In this document: positions 12,301 to 24,845 of the stretch, in pieces
Position numbering within the stretch: position 1 is the stretch's first letter
Layout: each line of letters begins with the position of its first letter
NCBI GenBank assembly: GCA_053919585.1
Contig: CM132783.1
Source of the DNA: Euprymna scolopes
Lineage: Eukaryota
Direction: 5' to 3' (one strand)
Length of the DNA: 64,000 bases
Made by a program: the position numbers and the translations under genes
Notes under the pieces: model-generated
The model's input: the letters and a program-made list of their open reading frames with translations, nothing else
What the model was told of the DNA's origin: nothing
The model's database searches: none

Positions 12301-15300
12301 TGCTTTATATTTTTGTTGCTTTGTATTTTTGATGCTTTGTATTTTTGTTGCTTTGTATTTTTGGTGCTTTGTATTTTTGGTGTTTAGTATTTTTGATGCT
12401 TTGTATTTTTGCTGCTTTGTATTTTTCTTGCTTTGTATTTTTGCTACTTTGAATTTTTGTTGCTTTGTATTTTTGGTGCTTTGTATTTTTGATGCTTTGT
12501 ATTTTTGTTGCTTTGTATTTTTGTTGCTTTGTATTTTTGATGCTTTGTATTTTTGTTGCTTTGTATTTTTGATGCTTTGTATTTTTGTTGCTTTGTATTT
12601 TTGTTGCTTTGTATTTTTGTTGCTTTGAATTTTTGCTGCTTTGTATTTTTGATGCTTTGTATTTTTGTTGCTTTGTATTTTTGTTGCTTTGTATTTTTGT
12701 TGCTTTGTATTTTTGATGCTTTGTATCTTTGTTGCTTTGTATTTTTGTTACTTTGTATTTTTGTTGCTTTGTATTTTTGATGCTTTGTATCTTTGTTGCT
12801 TTGTATTTTTGATGCTTTGTATTTTTGTTGCTTTGTATTTTGTTGCTTTGTATTTTTGATGCTGTGTATTTTTGTTGCTTCGTATTTTTGATGCTTTGTA
12901 TCTTTGTTGCTTTGTATTTTTGTATTTTTGATGCTTTGTATTTTTGTTGCTTTGTATTTTTGTTGCTTTGAATTTTTGTTGCTTTGTATTTTTGATGCTT
13001 TGTATTTTTGTTGCTTTGTATTTTTGATGCTTTGTATTTTTCTTGAGTTGTATTTTTCTTGCTTTGTATTTTTGATGCTTTGTATTTTTGATGCTTTGTA
13101 TTTTGTTGCTTTGTATTTTTGTTGCTTTGTATTTTTGATGCTTTGTATTTTTGTTGCTTTGTATTTTTGTTGCTTTGTATTTTTGATGCTTTGTATTTTT
13201 GTTGCTTTGTATTTTTGATGCTTTGTATTTTTGTTGCTTTGAATTTTTGCTGCTTTGTATTTTTGGTGCTTTGTATTTTTGGTGCTTTGTATTTTTGATG
13301 CTTTGTATTTTTGTTGCTTTGTATTTTTGATGCTTTGTATTTTTGGTGCTTTGTATTTTTGGTGCTTTGTATTTTTGATGCTTTGTATTTTTGTTGCTTT
13401 GTATTTTTGATGCTTTATATTTTTGTTGCTTTGTATTTTTGATGCTTTGTATTTTTGTTGCTTTGTATTTTTGGTGCTTTGTATTTTTGGTGCTTTGTAT
13501 TTTTGATGCTTTGTATTTTTGCTGCTTTGTATTTTTCTTGCTTTGTATTTTTGCTACTTTGAATTTTTGTTGCTTTGTATTTTTGGTGCTTTGTATTTTT
13601 GGTGCTTTGTATTTATGATGCTTTGTATTTTTGTTGCTTTGTATTTTTGCTACTTTGAATTTTTGTTGCTTTGTATTTTTGTTGCTTTGTATTTTTGATG
13701 GTTTGTATTTTTGTTGCTTTGTATTTTTGGTGCTTTGTATTTTTGATGCTTTGTATTTTTGTTGCTTTGTATTTTTGATGCTTTGTATTTTTGTTGCTTT
13801 GTATTTTTGGTGCTTTGTATTTTTGTTGCTTTGTATTTTTGATGCTTTGTATTTTTGCTGCTTTGTATTTTTCTTGCTTTGTATTTTTGCTACTTTGAAT
13901 TTTTGTTGCTTTGTGTTTTTGTTGCTTTATATTTTTGTTTCTTTGTATTTTTGATGCTTTGTATTTTTGTTGCTTTGTATTTTTGATGCTTTGTATTTTT
14001 GTTGCTTTGTATTTTGCTCTTTTGTATTTTTACTGTTTTATAATTCTTTGCTGCTTTGTATTTTTGCTGCTTTCTATTTTTGTTGCTTTCTATTTTTGTT
14101 GTTTTGTATTTTTTGTTGTTTTGTAATTCTTTGCTGCTTTGTATTTTTGTTGCTTTGTATTTTTGCGGCTTTGTATTTTTACTGCTTTATATTTTTGGTG
14201 CTTTGCATTATTATTGCTTTGTATTTTTACTGCTTTGTACTTTTGTTGCTTTGTATTTTTTTGCTTTGTATTTTTGCTGCTTTTCATTTTTGTTGCTTTG
14301 TATTTTTGTTGCTTTGTATTTTTACTGCTTTATATTTTTGTTGCTTTGTATTTTTGCTGCCTTGTATTTTTATTGCTTTGCATTTTTTCTGCTTTGTATT
14401 TTTCTTGCTTTCTATTTCACTTGCTTTGTATTTTTTCTGCTTTGTATTTTTTGTTGCTTTGTATTTCTGTTGCTTATTATTTTTACTGCTTTTTATTTTT
14501 GCTGTTTTATAATTCTTTGCTGCTTTTTATTTTTACTGCTTTGTATTTTTGTAGCTTTGTATTTTTGTTGCTTTGTATTTTTCTTGCTTTGTATTTTTGT
14601 TGCTTTGTATTTTTGTTGCTTTGTATTTTTTCTTCTTTGTATTTTTTTGCTTTGTATTTTTGTTGCTTTGTATTTTTGCTCCTTTGTATTTTTGCTGTTT
14701 TGTAATTCTTTGCTGCATTGTATTTTTACTGCTTTGTATTTTTGTTGCTTTGAATTTTTGCTGCTTTGTACTTTTGCTGTTTTGTAATTCTTTGCTGCTT
14801 TGTATTTTTGGTGCTTTGTATCTTTGTTGCTTTGTATTTTTGATGCTTTGTATTTTTGTTGCTTTGTATTTTGTTGCTTTGTATTTTTGATGCTTTGTAT
14901 TTTTGTTGGTTTGTATTTTTGATGCTTTGTATCTTTGTTGCTTTGTATTTTTGTATTTTTGATGCTTTGTATTTTTGTTGCTTTGTATTTTTGTTGCTTT
15001 GAATTTTTGTTGGTTTGTATTTTTGATGCTTTGTATTTTTGTTGCTTTGTATTTTTGATGCTTTGTATTTTTCTTGAGTTGTATTTTTCTTGCTTTGTAT
15101 TTTTGATGCTTTGTATTTTTGATGCTTTGTATTTTGTTGCTTTGTATTTTTGTTGCTTTGTATTTTTGATGCTTTGTATTTTGCTTGCTTTGTATTTTTG
15201 ATGCTTTTTTTTTAGTTGCTTTGTATTTTTGTTGCTTTGTATTTTTGATGCTTTGTATTTTTGTTGCTTTGTATTTTTGATGCTTTGTATTTTTGATGCT

Positions 15301-18300
15301 TTGTATTTTTGTTGCTTTGTATTTTTGATGCTTTGTATTTTTGTTGCTTTGTATTTTTGTTGCTTTGTATTTTTGATGCTTTGTATTTTTGTTGCTTTGT
15401 ATTTTTGGTGCTTTGTATTTTTGGTGCTTTGTATTTTTGATGCTTTGTATTTTTGCTGCTTTGTATTTTTCTTGCTTTGTATTTTTGCTACTTTGAATTT
15501 TAGTTGCTTTGTATTTTTGGTGCTTTGTATTTTTGATGCTTTGTATTTTTGTTGCTTTGTATTTTTGATGCTTTGTATTTTTGGTGCTTTGTATTTTTGG
15601 TGCTTTGTATTTTTGATGCTTTGTATTTTTGTTGCTTTGTATTTTTGATGCTTTATATTTTTGTTGCTTTGTATTTTTGATGCTTTGTATTTTTGTTGCT
15701 TTGTATTTTTGGTGCTTTGTATTTTTGGTGCTTTGTATTTTTGATCCTTTGTATTTTTGATTCTTTGTATTTTTCTTGCTTTGTATTTTTGCTACTTTGA
15801 ATTTTTGTTGCTTTGTATTTTTGGTGCTTTGTATTTTTGGTGCTTTGTATTTTTGGTGCTTTGTATTTATGATGCTTTGTATTTTTGTTGCTTTGTATTT
15901 TTGCTACTTTGAATTTTTGTTGCTTTGTATTTTTGGTGCTTTGTATTTTTGATGGTTTGTATTTTTGTTGCTTTGTATTTTTGGTGCTTTGTATTTTTGA
16001 TGCTTTGTATTTTTGTTGCTTTGTATTTTTGATGCTTTGTATTTTTGTTGCTTTGTATTTTTGGTGCTTTGTATTTTTGTTGCTTTGTATTTTTGATGCT
16101 TTGTATTTTTGCTGCTTTGTATTTTTCTTGCTTTGTATTTTTGCTACTTTGAATTTTTGTTGCTTTGTGTTTTTGTTGCTTTATATTTTTGTTTCTTTGT
16201 ATTTTTGATGCTTTGTATTTTTGTTGCTTTGTATTTTTGATGCTTTGTATTTTTGTTGCTTTGTATTTTGCTCTTTTGTATTTTTACTGTTTTGTAATTC
16301 TTTGCTGCTTTGTATTTTTGCTGCTTTCTATTTTTGTTGCTTTCTATTTTTGTTGTTTTGTATTTTTTGTTGTTTTGTAATTCTTTGCTGCTTTGTATTT
16401 TTGTTGCCTTGTATTTTTGCGGCTTTGTATTTTTACTGCTTTATATTTTTGGTGCTTTGCATTATTATTGCTTTGTATTTTTACTGCTTTGTACTTTTGT
16501 TGCTTTGTATTTTTTTGCTTTGTATTTTTGCTGCTTTTCATTTTTGTTGCTTTGTATTTTTGTTGCTTTGTATTTTTACTGCTTTATATTTTTGTTGCTT
16601 TGTATTTTTGCTGCCTTGTATTTTTATTGCTTTGCATTTTTTCTGCTTTGTATTTTTCTTGCTTTCTATTTCACTTGCTTTGTATTGTTTCTGCTTTGTA
16701 TTTTTTGTTGCTTTGTATTTCTGTTGCTTTTTATTTTTGCTGCTTTCTATTTTTGCTGTTTTATAATTCTTTGCTGCTTTTTATTTTTACTGCTTTGTAT
16801 TTTTGTAGCTTTGTATTTTTGTTGCTTTGTATTTTTCTTGCTTTGTATTTTTGTTGCTTTGTATTTTTGTTGCTTTGTATTTTTTCTTCTTTGTATTTTT
16901 TTGCTTTGTATTTTTGTTGCTTTGTATTTTTGCTGCTTTGTATTTTTGCTGTTTTGTAATTCTTTGCTGCATTGTATTTTTACTGCTTTGTATTTTTGTT
17001 GCTTTGAATTTTTGCTGCTTTGTACTTTTGCTGTTTTGTAATTCTTTGCTGCTTTGTATTTTTGGTGCTTTGTATCTTTGTTGCTTTGTATTTTTGATGC
17101 TTTGTATTTTTGTTGCTTTGTATTTTGTTGCTTTGTATTTTTGATGCTTTGTATTTTTGTTGGTTTGTATTTTTGATGCTTTGTATCTTTGTTGCTTTGT
17201 ATTTTTGTATTTTTGATGCTTTGTATTTTTGTTGCTTTGTATTTTTGTTGCTTTGAATTTTTGTTGCTTTGTATTTTTGATGCTTTGTATTTTTGTTGCT
17301 TTGTATTTTTGGTGCTTTGTATTTTTCTTGAGTTGTATTTTTCTTGCTTTGTATTTTTGATGCTTTGTATTTTTGATGCTTTGTATTTTGTTGCTTTGTA
17401 TTTTTGTTGCTTTGTATTTTTGATGCTTTGTATTTTTGTTGCTTTGTATTTTTGATGCTTTTTTTTTAGTTGCTTTGTATTTTTGTTGCTTTGTATTTTT
17501 GATGCTTTGTATTTTTGTTGCTTTGTATTTTTGATGCTTTGTATTTTTGTTGCTTTGTATTTTTGGTGCTTTGTATTTTTGGTGCTTTGTATTTTTGATG
17601 CTTTGTATTTTTGCTGCTTTGTATTTTTCTTGCTTTGTATTTTTGCTACTTTGAATTTTAGTTGCTTTGTATTTTTGGTGCTTTGTATTTTTGATGCTTT
17701 GTATTTTTGTTGCTTTGTATTTTTGATGCTTTGTATTTTTGGTGCTTTGTATTTTTGGTGCTTTGTATTTTTGATGCTTTGTATTTTTGTTGCTTTGTAT
17801 TTTTGATGCTTTATATTTTTGTTGCTTTGTATTTTTGATGCTTTGTATTTTTGTTGCTTTGTATTTTTGGTGCTTTGTATTTTTGGTGCTTTGTATTTTT
17901 GATGCTTTGTATTTTTGATTCTTTGTATTTTTCTTGCTTTGTATTGTTGCTACTTTGAATTTTTGTTGCTTTGTATTTTTGGTGCTTTGTATTTTTGGTG
18001 CTTTGTATTTTTGGTGCTTTGTATTTATGATGCTTTGTATTTTTGTTGCTTTGTATTTTTGCTACTTTGAATTTTTGTTGCTTTGTATTTTTGGTGCTTT
18101 GTATTTTTGATGCTTTGTATTTTTGTTGCTTTGTATTTTTGATGGTTTGTATTTTTGTTGCTGTGTATTTTTGGTGCTTTGTATTTTTGATGCTTTGTAT
18201 TTTTGTTGCTTTGTATTTTTGATGCTTTGTATTTTTGTTGCTTTGTATTTTTGGTGCTTTGTATTTTTGTTGCTTTGTATTTTTGATGCTTTGTATTTTT

Positions 18301-19695
18301 GCTGCTTTGTATTTTTCTTGCTTTGTATTTTTGCTACTTTGAATGTTTGTTGCTTTGTATTTTTGTTGCTTTATATTTTTGTTTCTTTGTATTTTTGATG
18401 CTTTGTATTTTTGTTGCTTTGTATTTTTGATGCTTTGTATTTTTGTTGCTTTGTATTTTGCTGTTTGGTATTTTTACTGTTTTGTAATTCTTTGCTGCTT
18501 TGTATTTTTGCTGCTTTCTATTTTTGTTGCTTTCTATTTTTGTTGTTTTGTATTTTTTGTTGTTTTGTAATTCTTTGCTGCTTTGTATTTTTGTTGCTTT
18601 GTATTTTTGCGGCTTTGTATTTTTACTGCTTTATATTTTTGGTGCTTTGCATTATTATTGCTTTGTATTTTTACTGCTTTGTACTTTTGTTGCTTTGTAT
18701 TTTTTTGCTTTGTATTTTTGCCGCTTTTCATTTTTGTTGCTTTGTATTTTTGTTGCTTTGTATTTTTACTGCTTTATATTTTTGTTGCTTTGTATTTTTG
18801 CTGCCTTGTATTTTTATTGCTTTGCATTTTTTCTGCTTTGTATTTTTCTTGCTTTCTATTTCACTTGCTTTGTATTTTTTCTGCTTTGTATTTTTTGTTG
18901 CTTTGTATTTCTGTTGCTTTTTATTTTTGCTGCTTTCTATTTTTGCTGTTTTATAATTCTTTGCTGCTTTTTATTTTTACTGCTTTGTATTTTTGTAGCT
19001 TTGTATTTTTGTTGCTTTGTATTTTTCTTGCTTTGTATTTTTGTTGCTTTGTATTTTTGTTGCTTTGTATTTTTTCTTCTTTGTATTTTTTTGCTTTGTA
19101 TTTTTGTTGCTTTGTATTTTTGCTGCTTTGTATTTTTGCTGTTTTGTAATTCTTTGCTGCATTGTATTTTTACTGCTTTGTATTTTTGTTGCTTTGAATT
19201 TTTGCTACTTTGTACTTTTGCTGTTTTGTCATTCTTTGCTGCTTTGTATTTTTGGTGCTTTGTATTTTTGTTGCTTTGTATTTTTGTTGCTTTGTATTTT
19301 TGCTGCTTTGTATTTTTGCTGCTTTGTAGTCTTTTGCTACTTTGTATTTTTGTTGTTTTGTATTTTTGCTGCTTTTATTTTTGCTGCTTTGTATTTTTGT
19401 TTGCTTTGTGTTTATGTTGCTTTGTATTTTTGCTGCTTTGTATTTTTGCTGCTTTGTAGTCCTTTGCTACTTTGTATTTTTGTTGTTTTGTATTTATGTT
19501 GTTTTGTATTTTTGGTGCTTTGTATTTTTGGTGCTTTGTATTTTTGCTGCTTTTATTTTTTGTTGCTTTGTATTTATCTGCTTTGTATTTTTTTTGCTTT
19601 GTAATTCTTTGCTGCTTTGTATTTTTGTTGCTTTGTATTTGTCTGCTTTGTATTTTTGCTGCTTTGTAATTCTTTGCTGCTTTGTATTTTTGCTG
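6325..19695. repeat. 16-bp minisatellite, consensus GCTTTGTATTTTTG(T/A/G/C)T, roughly 830-840 units
   Basis: Directly visible tandem periodicity with strong T-rich strand asymmetry. Large internal duplications occur at offsets of 3364, 3476, 2254 and 2190 bp. Confidence 0.98.
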
Positions 19696-19958
19696 GCGTG
19701 TTACGTTTAACTCTGAAATAGGAATTGCATCAGATACGCAAAGAGATTGACTGGACGTATTTTACGTCTATTCCTCGGTCCGTCTCTCACGCTTATATAA
19801 ACCCGTCTTTGTTTTTTGTTTTTTGTTTTATTTTTCTTTCTGATTTAAAGTGCATCCATAATTACGTTTACAACTCTCGTAGTTTTTGTCGTTTTCTTTT
19901 CTTTTTTTTCAGATTTCTGTTCTGCGTCGTTCCTGTTCCAATATATTAAGAGTTGTTA

Positions 19959-19988
19959 ATGATGATGATGATGATGATGATGATGATT
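19959..19988. repeat. (GAT)n microsatellite
   Basis: Direct reading. Confidence 0.9.
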
Positions 19989-20631
19989 ACGACGACCAAA
20001 TAATTATCACTATTACGTACGAATCTGTGGTCTGATTACGCGGTCGATGCCAAAATGTTCGGAGGCTGTCACAATAGTCTTTACTTGGTGTCTCCTTGCT
20101 TTGCGCGACCGACGGTGATTTGTTGTTGCTATCAGCTTGCTATTTTCATGACATCTGTCATACGCCTCGCCCCACCGCTTAACCTCATTGGTTATGTCGC
20201 TGATTTTACTTATACACGCACCGCATTAACACGAAACTAGGTGGCGCTTCTGTGCACCCATCCCTAAATGTATAAAAGCCGTTTATACTGACTTATAATT
20301 GTGCTTGAAATCTCTCGCACACACTAAAAGTAATTGTTTTCTGTTGAGATATTTCGAGGGTCAGTACTTATGGCGGACGATGATTTTGATCTCAATTTTG
20401 TCTTAAGTTAATTCTTCATGCTGAAATTACTTTATTGTCAAATAGTTGTGGTGTGCGTAATGAGCTAGAACCTGAATCGGATGATGGAAATGGGTTTATT
20501 TGCCTTATCACGGCCATAAAAGAGTTCTATTTGGCTTGCGTGCAGAATATCTATTAAAAAAAATGAGCGAATGCACGCTGGAACGAGAGTATTTATATGT
20601 ATCGCTTAGGTGTGACAGACTTCCCGTGCCA

Positions 20632-21268
20632 TCTTTTATAATATAAATTTCATCTGTCCGTTTAAATGTACGTACGTATGTATGTATGTATGTATGTATG
20701 TATGTATTATGTATTTTTGCCCAAAACTTTGGATAGAGGCGATGGATTTTCACGAGATTCATATCATTTTAAAGCTCAGCCCTTCGGACGACAAATATCG
20801 AAAAATTATCCAAAAACATAAATTCCTTCACCATAAACTGGGCACTTTTCTACAGGGAGGAGTCGCTTTTTTTCGCAGATATTTCCGAAAGTCATCACCT
20901 CTTTTCGATAGTTTAGCCTTAATTTAAACCTACGTCATTTCCGGTTTGGCGATGGGCATAGCAGCAAAGACGTCACTTTTTTTCACGTTCTTTTCCACTA
21001 TAGGAGGGAAATGTTGTGTATTTCTCTCCTAATAATTACTTAAATAAACACAGGACCATCAAACTGCAGTCGTCAACAAGTAGCAGTAGGAGGGGTGAGT
21101 GAGAGAGGTATGTATAGGTCGTTTGCTGGCGTCCCTCTGGTGATCTCAGCTGAGATCCCAAGGGGCTAAAAATAGTCGTTAAGGAGACAGCTGAAATCAA
21201 TGCGCTTTGCCAACTGATTGGTCAATGTGGCCGAACCACTTAGGCACCGGGCATTGCTCCGCTTCTAG
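20632..21268 (+). mobile_element. Non-autonomous Helitron, same family as 32988-33428
   Basis: Starts A|TC-TTTTATAATATAAAT followed by (TATG)n, and 20632-20995 aligns with 32988-33320. The candidate end CTAG|T at 21265-21269 has a degenerate hairpin, so the 3' boundary is less certain. Confidence 0.65.
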
Positions 21269-21486
21269 TAAATAGTTTGTTAACTACTACATCACCTTTC
21301 CCGTAGAAAAAAACTAAATGTATAACAAATAAATGGTAACAAAGTTACCTGAATTAATTTGTTGTTTCAATTTGTTTCGAATTTTTGGTCTCCTGATAAA
21401 ATTCAACCTTGTCCGTTCGTCCGTTCGTTTGTCCGCACTTTTCTCAATAACTACGCCTTGGAATTTTTTGAAATTTTGCACAAACA

Positions 21487-22280
21487 CCATCTGGCATCAA
21501 TTAAAATGAATGGCTCTCGTCTTGGGGAGGCCTCAAGTTTTGACAGACTTCTGGGTTTGACCTTTACTCCTGATCTTAAATGGAATACGTACATCAAATC
21601 TGTTGTCAAGGCCGCTGGAAAAATGGTCGGATCCTTCTATCGATCCAGTAGATATCTCACTGCTGATGCAATTCTCTACCTATATAAGAGCTAGGTACGT
21701 CCAAGGATGGAATACTGTTGCCACATATGGGCAGGAGCTGCTAGAAAAGACTTGTCCTGCCTTGATAGGGTTCAAAATAGACTTCGTGGCCTGGTGGGAG
21801 ATATCCTTTTCTCTTCGTTGCAACCTCTATCTCACAGAAGAGATGTTGCGAGTTTGTCTCTGCTTTATCGTTATTTTCATGGAAATTGTTCGACTGAGCT
21901 TCAATCTATGGTTCCCCTTCGCCAAACTTTCACAAGAAACACTCGACTAGCTGAAAACACTATCACTAATTTCCCCCACTCTTTATCTGTGCCTAAACCT
22001 AAACATAGATTCCATGATCAAAGCTTCTTTCTTAGAACTGCACGCCTGTGGAATTGTCTTCCGTTTTCCTGCTTTCCAGCTGTCTATAATATGGTTCTCT
22101 TCAAGTCCAACGTGAACAAGTTTCTGATGAGCCGTTCCACTTAAGTTAACAAATTTACCGAACTTCCATTACTATCGATTACTATATTGTCCTTTTGACT
22201 ACTCTACACGCTTTAACCCTTATCCTTGAGATGCCTATCGGCCTTGATAAGTGGTGACGCCTATGTAAAAAAAAAAAAAA
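21487..22280 (+). mobile_element. 5'-truncated CR1/L2-group LINE (3' end with poly-A), same family as 1-2850
   Basis: Translates to LLGLTFTPDLKWNTYI...LYKS*VRPRMEYCCHIWAGA...LQPLSHRRDVASL. It is the reverse-complement match of 1-290 and ends CTATGT-A14. Confidence 0.92.
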
Positions 22281-22841
22281 TCAAACATGATACAAGTAAA
22301 AAAGTAAAAGAACAGATTTTCCAGGAAAACTCCGAGTGCCCCCTTAGGGGTACCTTTCGGATTAAAATGGCTAAAATTGACACTATTGATCTTATTAAAA
22401 AAAAATTAATGCATTGGATTTTTATAAAGCTTTCTGAACAGTTGTTACTAACTATTTCTATATAATTTTCTTTGTCTATACTTCGCGATATCTCTTTGAT
22501 GTGCCCTAGGAGCTCTTTTAGGGCTAATAAAAACATTCTATTTTGGGGATTATTTTACCATATTTGTCCAAAATATTCTGTGTATGTCTATTTAGCAGTT
22601 TTGCATGGTTCTGGGCTCAAATTTAAATATGTTAAGGCCTTGGGAACTTTTGGGGCTAAATAGGGGAGGGGGAGGACGAATGATAGACTTAGTCATTTCT
22701 TTTTCTTTTGCATGGTGCAGAACTCAAATTTACATATACTGAGGCCTAAAACTACACCGTTTGTTCATTTTCACAAGGATTTGCCGTCCCCTGGGGACTT
22801 TTGGGGCTAAATTGGGAGAGAAAATAGTGAATTTAGTCATT

Positions 22842-22939
22842 CCTATCCAAATTGTCACCAATCTGGTACTGGCTAGGTTCAACATTGCTTCACTTCGGTG
22901 ATCTGGCGAGAACTGGTGAGTCAACGTGACTGTGCCGTA
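22842..22939 (-). pseudogene. 5S rRNA-derived pseudogene or SINE3-type head
   Basis: Minus strand reads TACGGCACAGTCACGTTGACTCACCAGTTCTCGCCAGATCACCGAAGTGAAGCAATGTTGAACCTAGCCAGTACCAGATTGGTGAC. This is colinear with invertebrate 5S rRNA and includes degenerate A and C boxes. The 3' ~20 nt are missing. Confidence 0.8.
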
Positions 22940-23031
22940 ATATCTTTAGAAAAGTATGTATATATCTCGGCAAGATCTGGAGGAATGTTAAAGCGTATTT
23001 TCGAATATTGGCGGATAAAACCTACTATGCC

Positions 23032-23035
<4 letters not shown>

Positions 23036-23113
<78 letters not shown>
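23036..23113. repeat. (AT)n microsatellite; similar tracts at ~23323, 27101-27171, 27465-27507, 28542-28585, 29045-29097, 29406-29481, 30069-30119, 30347-30382 and 32151-32196
   Basis: Direct reading. Confidence 0.95.
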
Positions 23114-23117
<4 letters not shown>

Positions 23118-23321
23118 TGGAAGTTTGGAACCTTTAAAACTATACAAAAAAATGATTTTTTATCATTCGTTGGAGAACCATTTAGTCAAGAAGTCATTCA
23201 ATCACCTGCAATCACTGCATCAACTTGCTCTTTCGAATTCACTATAGTACCAGTAATAATTTATATTTTAAGGGATCATCAGTTGTTTACCATGAAATAC
23301 TGTTTTAGGGGATTTGAAAAC

Positions 23322-23357
<36 letters not shown>

Positions 23358-24395
23358 AATTTATATATGTTAAGGCCTAAAACTGCACCGTTTGTTCATT
23401 TTCGCCAGGATTTGACATCCACTGGAGACCTTTGGGGCTAAATGGAGGGAGGTGCAAATGCTGAACTTAGTCATTTTTTAATGCCTAGTTCACTGTGCAC
23501 TCACGGTGGACCATGCGTGATTCACTTGTTCTTTTAAAAATGATATTCAACGTTTTCGTTAGAGACAGACACCAAATGTTCATTAAAATATAACAGAACG
23601 ACATGGCACATATGTGCAATGTAGACGTCACTTTGTTGACGTCATACAAACAAGGCGATTAAATGTCGGCCAATTTGTGTTTTGTTTTGTTTTTTGTTTT
23701 TTTGTTTGTTTGTTTTTTTTGGGGGGGGGGTTTCTGGCAACCAAATAGTGACAGGCTTACCGTGGACAATGTACAGTTAATGACAGCGGAAATAGTGACA
23801 CATGCACACGCATGATAAAATGAAATGAAAAGTTTAAAAATGAAATAAATAAATAAAAAGCAAAAAGCCATTAGGAAAATATGCGCGAAAGTTCGTTTAA
23901 CCCTATGAGATCGTTGAGGTAATGCATCGGCTCATGACAGACGTGCGAGAAAGCCAGCCTAATGGCTGCTCTATTTCTAAATGCAAACCACATGTAATGA
24001 ATGCCATTTAATCGCTCGAATAAACTGTTGACATGTTTGTTCGTGGTTGAAACGGAATATAGATGATGACAAGTAATTAGTTACCTTCGCTAAGGATCTC
24101 AAGTTTTCGGTTAAGTTTTTCTTTTATAGAGGATGTAAAGCGTTTATGTAGGGTCAAGCTTCCACATCGCTTGACTAATCGTTACCAAACATGATCAAAA
24201 TATCGGATATGTGCTAACATAGACTTTTTTAATTTGCGGATATTCAGATCAAAAGCAAGGTCAAGTTTATGAAAAACGTGACCGTCATACTTTTGACGAC
24301 AACTTCAGTTCCTTTCACCATAAAGACTGACTACTTGATGTATATTGTAACCAATGAAATCCTCCATCTTATTTTACATGGCTCTTTTTATTGCA

Positions 24396-24845
24396 TTTTT
24401 TTTAATTACATTTTCACCCCAAACAAGGCACATTGCCACTTCTTTGTAGGGGGCTACTATCAGGTACATAAGCATCAGGGGTACTGTGTAGGGAGCTGGG
24501 CAGCAAGATGTCGGTTCACATTACACTTGAACTTCTGCATGTCAGTACAGTTGGGGAAGCAGTAACCCAGAAGGGAATTCCAAAGTCTAGCGGTTCTTGG
24601 GAAGAAACTACTGGAGTAGAAGGCTCTCTTACATCTAGGGATCTCAACTGTGAAGGGGTGGGATTTTGCTGCTTGTCGGTTTTGTCGGGGGGGTATTTAC
24701 GTCGAGGGGGTACAAATGCTTGCAGTTCGTCAGAGCATTCACCGTTAAAGTACTTGTAGAACAGGCAGAGAGATGCAACATTTCGTCGATGGGACGGAGG
24801 CTGAAGTTTAGATGACAGTCCAGGGCCTATCAAGTTGTCGACTCG
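24396..24845 (-). mobile_element. 3' fragment of a second CR1/L2-group LINE family
   Basis: Translates to IGPGLSSKLQPPSHRRNVASLCLFYKYFNGECSDEL, homologous to the 21707-22144 peptide. The 3' UTR is different and ends TGTAATT-A8. Confidence 0.85.

Larger units (their letters stand above)
21383..23534 (+). mobile_element. Putative DINE-1/Helentron-like non-autonomous element hosting nested insertions
   Basis: A (GTCCGTTC)n microsatellite lies near the 5' end (21411-21436). Internal subrepeats (TTTTGGGGCTAAAT...TTAGTCATT) recur at ~22630, ~22740 and ~23370. A short CACG..CGTG hairpin precedes a T-rich end. Boundaries are inferred. Confidence 0.4.

Noticed and set aside
6325-19695. Telomeric repeat array
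   Set aside because: It is interstitial with unique flanks on both sides, lacks G-runs, and matches no telomere motif I know.
6301-19710. Long Cys/Phe/Leu-rich (+) and Lys/Gln-rich (-) ORFs as real proteins
   Set aside because: They are translations of the 16-bp repeat. The unit is not a codon multiple and frame-shifting indels are frequent.
20271-20500. TATAAAA followed by ATGGCGGACGATGAT as a gene start
   Set aside because: The frame closes after ~14 codons and I see no convincing splice or homology support.
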